From NCBI RefSeq assembly GCF_001194135.2, contig NC_068981.1:159566028-159611566 (forward strand): a DNA stretch of 45,539 bases, in the 5' to 3' direction. The stretch is from Octopus bimaculoides (Eukaryota). Within the stretch, counting starts at the first letter, position 1. Each line of letters starts with the position of its first letter. The translations under genes were made by a program, and so were the position numbers. This document shows positions 36,617 through 45,539 of this stretch, in pieces. The notes under the pieces are model-generated. The model saw nothing but the letters and a program-made list of their open reading frames with translations, ran no database searches and was not told where the DNA came from.

Positions 36617-37612
36617 GGAAATTACTACTTTTAATATGATGTGATTTTAATAAGATGAGAGCCAACCTTTCCTTAGTCCTTGGTCCTTGGTCTGATAAAA
36701 TTTATCTACAGTGCAAAGTAACGTGAAAATTAAAATAACTCTCTAAACTATTATTAATTAAAGATAGAAAAAAGAACTCCATTGATACTTCTATTTTGTC
36801 TTTCGTAGATGATGAAACCTTTCGCCATTTTTGCCATTCATTGTTTCTAATATTCCATTGGTGGTACGATTAACAACAACAAAAAAGAATAAAAACAACA
36901 TCATGTTGGGTACCGAAACAATAGTAATTAACTAATTTACCATTGGATATAACTTTTTGGATAACTAACCTCATAACCGATATAATTTACTAAATCCCAA
37001 GAAAGAGTGTTTGACAAGAACCGTAACATTTCTGGACTGATGTAATTTCTCTGACTGCAGATCAATATTCTAAGATGAAATTTCCAACAAGTGTTTAGTG
37101 TAAACGGGTAGTGAAATCTACTAGTGTATCTATATCGTTGTAACCTGACTATTACTTGGTGCAAGCAATTTTATAAAATTAGCATATCTAAGCCGCCAAT
37201 TTTAACGAATTCAGATTGCATTAAAGTAGTATTACATCAGAGGAAATAACTGAATACATATTTCTTATCTTAATGAATACTTAGTAATATCTCATATTCT
37301 TACATTATTATAATTTAGAGTGTTAATTTGTAATATTACGATAATTAGCAAAAGTAGAGGCAAACTGAATCACCAACTGATTGTGGTTCCTGCTTTTAAC
37401 AATTCTGTTTCTATTATATTCCTTAAAAAAAAATGTGATATCAATGTCACTCGCCTAGTCTCTTTTCTTTTTTTCGTTCTTTCTTTTTGATTATGTAGAG
37501 CTAGTGTTCTAGAATAGAGCAAAATACCAAATAAGGTGAAACTTGCGATGGTCTGTGTCGGTAATAAATGATCTACGAGAGAGCTCGTATAAAATATACA
37601 ACCACAGCAATA

Positions 37613-37675
<63 letters not shown>

Positions 37676-38569
37676 ACACAAATTTTAAAAAATAGAGCAA
37701 GAGCCCGAAATGTTAAATTTTTCACTTGTCAAGGTAACTGTACTTAACGATTTCCTCTACAAACTCACCTTCAGAATAAAAGCAAGCTTCTGCTGAACTG
37801 AATCCGGTTTCAGTCTGAAATTATTTCTAATCACCTACATTGTTATGTCTTTAACAAACACATGGTCGACATTATTTGTCAGTTCTGTTCCTCAGAACTA
37901 CAAGGACACATATTTCTCATGATGCAGTTAGTTATTTTCTTCAATGGTTGCTGTGCTCGTCACTGATCTTTCTTTATATCGTTCTTACACAATAAATTTG
38001 ATGAGAAATTATGTTGCACACAACAGCGAATATGACGAAGGTTTCAAGGTCGAAAACACAATTATAGAATTACCGAGCAGTTTCGATCTCTTATTCTCTC
38101 TCTCCACATTCAGTCCTTATAACGCTTACAATGTCTTTTGCATTCCATCGGATCACCTGACTACAGCCTAATCAAGGGAAATTACCACCCGAAATTCCTG
38201 ACCTTGAAGCCTCAAGTACTTCAATTCATCTGACTGGTTGGAGTTACATGAGTTCTGCATTATGTTACCCAACTAATATGACTTATGATCTCAACCACCA
38301 TAGCTAAGTAGGTGACCAATACTATTCTTATAGTGATATTTCTCTACATTTCTCATACAATTAAATCCCACATAAAATATCTCAAGGTCGATAAATCGAT
38401 CAGTCCTGAACTTGTCTTGTATTATGCTTCAGATTTATTGAAATGAATTTTGGCCAAAGAGAAAAACATGTCCAGAGTTTGGGAAAATTTGAGAAGGAAA
38501 GAAGAATTTGAATGAGAGTTTAACGAAAGAAAAATTTAATGAACCGAGAAGTGTCATGAAAGATAGCTG

Positions 38570-38905
38570 GCACATGTAGGAAGTGTCTTCTACTATAGCC
38601 TCTGGCCGACCAAAGCCTTGTGAGTGGATTTGGTAGACGGAAACTGAAAGAAACCCGTCGTATATATGTATATATATATATATATATATGTGTGTGTTTG
38701 TGTGTCTGTGTTTGTCCCCCCACCATCGCTTGACAACCGATGCTGGTATATTTACGTCCCCGTAACTTAGCGATTCGGCAAAAAGAGACCGATAGAATAA
38801 GTACTAGGCTTACAAAGAATAAGTCCTGGGATCGGTTTTCTCGACTAAAGGCGGTGCTCCAGCATGGCCGCAGTCAAATGACTGAAACAAGTAAAAGCGT
38901 AAAGA
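38570..38905 (+). mobile_element. SINE family B, 5'-truncated, well preserved
   Basis: AAGTGTCTTCTACTATAGCC..GGTAGACGGAAACTGAAAG, TA/TG spacer, tail to GACTGAAACAAGTAAAAG. Confidence 0.9.
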
Positions 38906-39605
38906 GTAAAGAGAGTAATTATCAGTGGGTTCCATCCCCAAGAAAAGCATTCACTCTACCCTAAGGAACCACGTCCCCATCTCCCCATACCTAATATTTA
39001 GAATGAATCGAAATCAAACCATGATCACTTCCTTCATCACTCTCTCCCTCCCTCCCTCCCTCACATATCATTTCACTTCGTTCTCCCTTCCCCCTCTCTC
39101 TTTTCTAAGTAACCACCAATACGTTTTAGGTAGAACTTTTGTTGTTTTCGGTATTAGAATCTCCGAGCTAAGTCCCTCGCCTTTGGTCTTCGTCTGTCAC
39201 TCATCTTTTGAATATGAAATTCCCTGTTTGATCCTTTCCCTGCATTACATACGACAAGGACAGTTCCGACTCAAGTACTTTGACCCCTGCTGTACCCAAG
39301 TTATGTCTCATACATCATTTCTTAATGAGTAACCTTACTTCACTTTAACCACACACACTCACACATACAGATAGAAGCCCACACATCTGTACACACATGC
39401 GCGCGCGCACGCACACACACACACATCCTACACTATGCATTTATTATCATCCTTCATTTCTTCATAACATTCAATACACAAGCATAATTCACACGAAACC
39501 TTGACACCTCACATCAGACATATGTTGTTTGTATGGGAGAGAAAATAAATTCCAGTGTGAACGAGGCAATATAATCTCTCTCTCTCTCCGTACCTTCTGC
39601 CCTCC

Positions 39606-39695
39606 CTCTCCTCTTTCTCCCTCTCCTCTTTCTCCCTCTCCTCTTTCTCCCTCTCCTCTTTCTCCCTCTCCTCTTTCTCCCTCTCCTCTTTCTCC
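39606..39695 (+). repeat. (CTCTCCTCTTTCTCC)x6 polypyrimidine minisatellite
   Basis: Six perfect 15-bp units within a CT-rich tract. Confidence 0.92.
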
Positions 39696-40856
39696 CTCTC
39701 TCTCCCTTTCCCTCTCTCTCTCTCTCTCTCTCTCTCCAAGACACAATCACCTCACGGATTAAAGAAACAAGTGTACCTTTATATCTGAAAAACAACCGAC
39801 TTCAAATGTAAAGGCACACTGAATAATGTATTCCAAGATACGCTCAGGATTAGCCTGTTTGGTGTTAAACAAGAACAACAACAACAATAACAACAACAAT
39901 AACAGCAACAGTATCGATGACAACAGCAGCAACATTAGGCAAGACTTCTTGAATCAAGTATTTATCTAACTTTCTTTAAATATTTAATCGAAGTTGCTTT
40001 CTGAGATGAAGAAATTCTAGAATAGAAAGCAGGGAAACATAAGTAGAGACGATAATCGATAAATAAGAGGCAAAGCGAACAGAAATAAGGGAAGTACAGA
40101 GAAAGACAATTGAATAGATAAGTGTAGAGAAATATATCATTCGACTGAAACCCTCATTCTTAAAGAGGTGATTTGAATACATGTAATGGCGGGGGANNNN
40201 NNNNNNNNNNNNNNNNNNNNNNNNNNNNNNNNNNNNNNNNNNNNNNNNNNNNNNNNNNNNNNNNNNNNNNNNNNNNNNNNNNNNNNNNNNNNNNNNNNNN
40301 NNNNNNNNNNNNNNNNNNNNNNNNNNNNNNNNNNNNNNNNNNNNNNNNNNNNNNNNNNNNNNNNNNNNNNNNNNNNNNNNNNNNNNNNNNNNNNNNNNNN
40401 NNNNNNNNNNNNNNNNNNNNNNNNNNNNNNNNNNNNNNNNNNNNNNNNNNNNNNNNNNNNNNNNNNNNNNNNNNNNNNNNNNNNNNNNNNNNNNNNNNNN
40501 NNNNNNNNNNNNNNNNNNNNNNNNNNNNNNNNNNNNNNNNNNNNNNNNNNNNNNNNNNNNNNNNNNNNNNNNNNNNNNNNNNNNNNNNNNNNNNNNNNNN
40601 NNNNNNNNNNNNNNNNNNNNNNNNNNNNNNNNNNNNNNNNNNNNNNNNNNNNNNNNNNNNNNNNNNNNNNNNNNNNNNNNNNNNNNNNNNNNNNNNNNNN
40701 NNNNNNNNNNNNNNNNNNNNNNNNNNNNNNNNNNNNNNNNNNNNNNNNNNNNNNNNNNNNNNNNNNNNNNNNNNNNNNNNNNNNNNNNNNNNNNNNNNNN
40801 NNNNNNNNNNNNNNNNNNCACTCATTCTCTCTCTCTCACACACACACACATGCTCA

Positions 40857-40929
<73 letters not shown>

Positions 40930-40975
40930 TAGCAGAGATACCCGGTCTTGCTTGGGGTTAAAATGGTTTAGTTCT

Positions 40976-41198
40976 TTTATTGTTTTACTTGTTTCAGTCA
41001 TGTGACTGCGGCCATGCTTGGTGCACCGCCGTTGGTCGAACAAATCGATCACAGGATTTATTCTTTGTAAGCCTTGTACTTATTCTATCAGTGTCTTTTG
41101 TCGAACCGCTAAGTTATAGGAACCTAAACACAGCAACATCGGTTGTCAAGCAATGGTGGGGTACAAACAGAGACACACACACACACACACACGCACAC

Positions 41199-41275
<77 letters not shown>

Positions 41276-41325
41276 AATATGCACATATATACGACAGCTT
41301 TCTTTCAGTTTCCGTGTACGAAGGC
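40976..41325 (-). mobile_element. SINE family B (tail + expanded CA spacer + part of 5' module)
   Basis: TTTTACTTGTTTCAGTCATGTGACTGCGGCCATGC..GGTTGTCAAGC..(CA)n..TACGACAGCTTTCTTTCAGTTTCCG. Confidence 0.85.
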
Positions 41326-41469
41326 ATCCCGAATAATATTTTGGTGAGTTTAAAGTGATTTCTTTTGTGCCGTAAACCATTTACCATTTCTGGGGCGGCC
41401 CCCCTTCCCTTAATGCTCCAAGCAAGTGCTTATTTCCTTTAATGGTTCATCCAGCCCTGATCCTGGTAA

Positions 41470-41739
41470 CTTGACAGAGATAGGCATCAAAACTGTCCCT
41501 CACCTTCCCTGTGACTTGTGGTTGTTCCCCAAGCTGAAAGAAAAGATGAAGGAGGCTGTGACAAGGGCCATGGACACTTTCACTTTGGAGGACTTCCACG
41601 GTGCCTTCACGAAGTAGCCGGAGCGCTAGAAGTGCATTGAAGTCAGAAGATCCCACATTGAAGGTCATTAGAGTCTTGTACTTCTCTGAAATTAATACAC
41701 GTCTCTCCTGAAAAAGTCTGAAAACTTCTGGAATGTACC

Positions 41740-41742
<3 letters not shown>
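41470..41742 (+). mobile_element. mariner 3' end remnant with TIR
   Basis: 'LTEIGIKTVPHLP|CDLWLFPKLKEK|MKEAVTRAMDTFTLEDFHGAFTK' (YSPDLAP segment deleted), then AAAAAGTCTGAAAACTTCTGGAATGTACCT-TA. Confidence 0.82.
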
Positions 41743-41770
<28 letters not shown>

Positions 41771-41984
41771 CATACATACGTACATGCATACGTACATACA
41801 TACATACATACATACATGCATACGTACATGCATACGTACATACACACATACATACATACATACATACATACATACATACATACATACATACATACATACA
41901 TACATACATACATAGTTATACATGGGTGTGGCATATTGTGCCAATTAAACACATGCGCTATACATCTGGTCTTCACTTCAGCTT

Positions 41985-42119
41985 TATTATTATTATTTTA
42001 GCGTCCTTTGTCTAACTTCTTTCGTCACACATTCTGTGACATTTTGAGCGAGTCTTTATCTTACGTGTTTCCTTTTGTTTTGCTTATTCCAGGATCTGTG
42101 ACGAAAGAGCTTTGACAAA

Positions 42120-42135
<16 letters not shown>
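41985..42135. repeat. Fold-back element with 24-bp arms and inverted (ATT)/(AAT) flanks
   Basis: CTTTGTCTAACTTCTTTCGTCACA (42006-42029) vs TGTGACGAAAGAGCTTTGACAAAG (42097-42120), 21/24 complementary. Confidence 0.75.
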
Positions 42136-42191
<56 letters not shown>

Positions 42192-42420
42192 GGGACCTTT
42201 TGAGCGGGATGGGCTACTCGACCTGAAGAAAATTTTAAGTTGGCTCCACCTGCAAGGTCATGCGCTGTTAATCTTGATATGAGATCACTATGTCGCGCAC
42301 ATATGGTTGTGATGCATGTGCCTGGTGTACCCTTATCAGACGGGTAGTCATAATGGGTATACTGGGCTTCGTATATTTTACCCCAGTGTCACTTTGATGG
42401 CATGCACTGCTCTCTCACTC
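42192..42420 (+). mobile_element. 229-bp element embedded in an (AAT)n array, probable 5'-truncated retroelement 3' end
   Basis: GC-richer segment with sharp edges between (AAT)~22 and (AAT)15; ends CTCTCTCACTC-AATAAT. No ORF. Confidence 0.55.
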
Positions 42421-42465
<45 letters not shown>

Positions 42466-42672
42466 CCTTTCTACTATAGGAACAAGGCCTGAAATTTTGG
42501 GGGAGGGGACTAATCGATTACATCGACCCCAGTACTCAACTGGTACTTAATTTATCGAACCCAAAAGGATGAAAGGCAAAGTTAACCTCGGCAGAATTTG
42601 AACTCAGAACGTAACGACGTGCGAAATGCTGCTAAGCATTTTGCCCGGCGTGCTAAGCATTTTGCTTGGTGT
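42466..42672 (-). mobile_element. SINE family A with (ATT)n tail
   Basis: CCTTTCTACTATAGGAACAAGGCCTGAAATTTTGGGGAGGGG..GAATTTGAACTCAGAACGT..GCTAAGCATTTTGCCCGGCGTGC. Confidence 0.9.
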
Positions 42673-43355
42673 NNNNNNNNNNNNNNNNNNNNNNNNNNNN
42701 NNNNNNNNNNNNNNNNNNNNNNNNNNNNNNNNNNNNNNNNNNNNNNNNNNNNNNNNNNNNNNNNNNNNNNNNNNNNNNNNNNNNNNNNNNNNNNNNNNNN
42801 NNNNNNNNNNNNNNNNNNNNNNNNNNNNNNNNNNNNNNNNNNNNNNNNNNNNNNNNNNNNNNNNNNNNNNNNNNNNNNNNNNNNNNNNNNNNNNNNNNNN
42901 NNNNNNNNNNNNNNNNNNNNNNNNNNNNNNNNNNNNNNNNNNNNNNNNNNNNNNNNNNNNNNNNNNNNNNNNNNNNNNNNNNNNNNNNNNNNNNNNNNNN
43001 NNNNNNNNNNNNNNNNNNNNNNNNNNNNNNNNNNNNNNNNNNNNNNNNNNNNNNNNNNNNNNNNNNNNNNNNNNNNNNNNNNNNNNNNNNNNNNNNNNNN
43101 NNNNNNNNNNNNNNNNNNNNNNNNNNNNNNNNNNNNNNNNNNNNNNNNNNNNNNNNNNNNNNNNNNNNNNNNNNNNNNNNNNNNNNNNNNNNNNNNNNNN
43201 NNNNNNNNNNNNNNNNNNNNNNNNNNNNNNNNNNNNNNNNNNNNNNNNNNNNNNNNNNNNNNNNNNNNNNNNNNNNNNNNNNNNNNNNNNNNNNNNNNNN
43301 NNNNNNNNNNNNNNNNNNNNNNNNNNNNNNNNNNNNNNNNNNNNNNNNNNNNNNN

Positions 43356-43399
<44 letters not shown>

Positions 43400-44143
43400 T
43401 CAAACAAACAAACAAACAAGCATGATAAAATTCACCCCTTCTGTATTATCTACCTTTTATGCTACTTACCTAGTACACACACGTATACACACATACACGC
43501 ACGCATACAATCACATACACTCCCAAACATATTCTGTAATTAATCCCTCAGAAACATATTCTGTAATTAATTTACTTGGTAATATCACTGATGTCAAAAA
43601 GTACACTGATGTCAACTAGTACTTGGACATCTTTTACATATATTCAATTGTGTAAACTATTAGTGTATTAAATTACAGAGTTATTATTATACATAGACAC
43701 ACACACACACATATATATCTATACGAAATTAATTTGTGTAAAAAAACGATAAGAAGTGAATTCCATCTTGCATTACAAATGCTACTAAAAATTTCACGTA
43801 CATAAGTACGTTCACCTGGCGCTGATTGAACGCATATAATTCTAATTTATGTAGTATGAAGCATTTAGCGCAACACACGTAACGAATCTTATTTCATAAG
43901 TCAACTTAAGTGCATGAAGAGCACATTGTTATTTGTATTATGCAAAAAGCAACTAATAGTATAGAGATGCACGCATCCTTAATTGCACGCAAGTCTCACG
44001 ATACTTTAATCACTTCCCTTAACAGGTAAACTAAGTTTGCTTGTTGTTAATTCGTTAATATCATAATGTTTATAATGTTTTGTACTTAAAAGCAGTTCAT
44101 ACTGACTGGAATGATAATGCATGCACTTGGGGGCGTGTGCATG

Positions 44144-44345
44144 TACAGGGTGCGATGAATAAATTGTCGTCTAAATTACGCAAAGATGAAAATAACACTG
44201 ACATCTCATTTTAACAGATATATTTACCAAAATTACATAAAAATATCTTGAAATACTAAAGAGTAAATTTATTCAATAAAATCGCCGTTGTCTTCAACCG
44301 CAGCCTTAAATTGCTTCACGTTTGGACACAATGGAAGCAATTTTT
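44144..44345 (-). mobile_element. Tc1/mariner (maT/DD37D-like) 3' end with TIR
   Basis: TA-CAGGGTGCGATGAATAAATTG terminus; minus-strand C-terminus 'CPNVKQFKAAVEDNGDFIE*' matches the 'C..F..R..AVV.ANG.FIE*' ending of Tc1/maT transposases. Confidence 0.65.
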
Positions 44346-44384
44346 GAAAGTGATCGTTTGTCGATACTAGTTTAGGCTGGCACT

Positions 44385-44512
44385 TAATTTTTATCGCGCC
44401 GGAGAAAGGGAATTGAATTTGACGGAATTTGAACTCAGTCAAGCTAAAAGACACCACAAAGAATTTCCCCCCTCTAGTCCTATAGCGATTCAGCCAGCTC
44501 ACCGCCTTAGTA
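44385..44512 (-). mobile_element. Degenerate family A SINE 5' part
   Basis: GACGGAATTTGAACTCAG..AGCGATTCAGCCAGCTCACCGCC. Confidence 0.65.
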
Positions 44513-44930
44513 AGAGGACTAAATAAATAAAGTTATTAATAGAAATTTATTACGGCGAATGAATATGAACTTTGTCAATCTTTTTCTGTATAGAAACTAG
44601 TTCTCACTACTGACACGGAAAAGTAGAATTAACAAATGTTTGAAATGAATGACAGTGAAAATGAAACATAATGATTTATCTTTCAAATATGGAACGAAAA
44701 TGAGTGTATAAAAACTTTTCAATTAAATTTTGTTCCTGTAGCATAGTGATAAGTTTACGAATGTTTTAGAATAATTCAAACACCTAGAGGTCTCACAGAC
44801 CAAAATCAATGGTGTGGATAGATTCAATATGGAATTCTGAAAATAACAGATATACAGGCGTGCATATTCATTTGGCAATTTTCGAGTAGATCAGGCACAG
44901 ACAAAGAAGCATGCATTTTTAAAAATTGTA

Positions 44931-44968
<38 letters not shown>

Positions 44969-45498
44969 CAAATAACAAATGACATAAATTCTTGATTTAT
45001 CAAGATGATCTCCACCTCTAGGGGATTATCATGACTACCAAATAGCAATTGAGACCAGCTCCACGTGAGAAGTGGGAGATAATCTCAAGAATCAATAACT
45101 CCACAAAGTTGACATGCTGTTAATGAAAAGGACAGGCTTATTGCTTGCAGATAAGAGAACAGTCGTGGACATGCGTTTCTAGCTTAATAACCGTCATCAG
45201 GACGACATTTGGCCAACCTTATCTCCAGTAGCCAAGGAACTTAGAGATACACAAGCACACATACACACATACACAAAGAGTAGAACACATTTATGGCCTA
45301 AGTAATTAGTATAATTTAAACAGAAATGAGCTAAGAGAAATAACTCAGGGCTGTTATTTGGTATTTGATATAACTGTATTTGTCTATGTTGTTCAAATAC
45401 ATGCCACTGGCCACTCGGAGTTATTTCTTTTTGCTCACTTTTGCGTACATAATGTGCATACAAACAAACAAACAAGCATACATACATACAAAGATATA

Positions 45499-45539
<41 letters not shown>

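Noticed and set aside
38080-38270. Possible second LINE endonuclease remnant ('PSDHLTT..YFNSSDWLELHEF')
   Set aside because: Only two short motifs; too weak to call without a profile search.
42631-42672. 21-bp tandem duplication in a SINE with C-to-T changes in the second copy
   Set aside because: Directly abuts an assembly gap, so it may be a contig-end artefact.

Overview
AT-rich eukaryotic DNA, saturated with microsatellites, with nine N-gaps that mostly abut simple repeats. The tRNA-headed SINE families and the (TA)/(CA)/(TACA)/(TAGA)/(AAT) load look to me like Octopus; this is inferred from recalled repeat motifs, not from a search. I find no intact host protein-coding gene, rRNA, snRNA or CRISPR array. 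The window reads as intron or intergenic DNA made largely of transposon fossils. These include a frameshifted Tigger/pogo transposase, three Tc1/mariner remnants, a Penelope-like GIY-YIG endonuclease remnant, RTE and other LINE fragments, about 20 SINE copies from three families, two TTAA-flanked piggyBac-type MITEs and a hAT-type MITE. Most of the supplied ORFs are microsatellite or N-gap artefacts. I cannot support a new biological system here. The most notable structures are a mariner with a clean internal inversion, a short RTE made of 5' UTR plus 3' end, two fold-back elements, an element inserted in an (AAT)n array, module-swapped SINEs, nearby inverted SINE pairs (possible ADAR substrates) and a dense TALE-motif cluster. 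TE boundaries are approximate unless a TSD or TIR is quoted.
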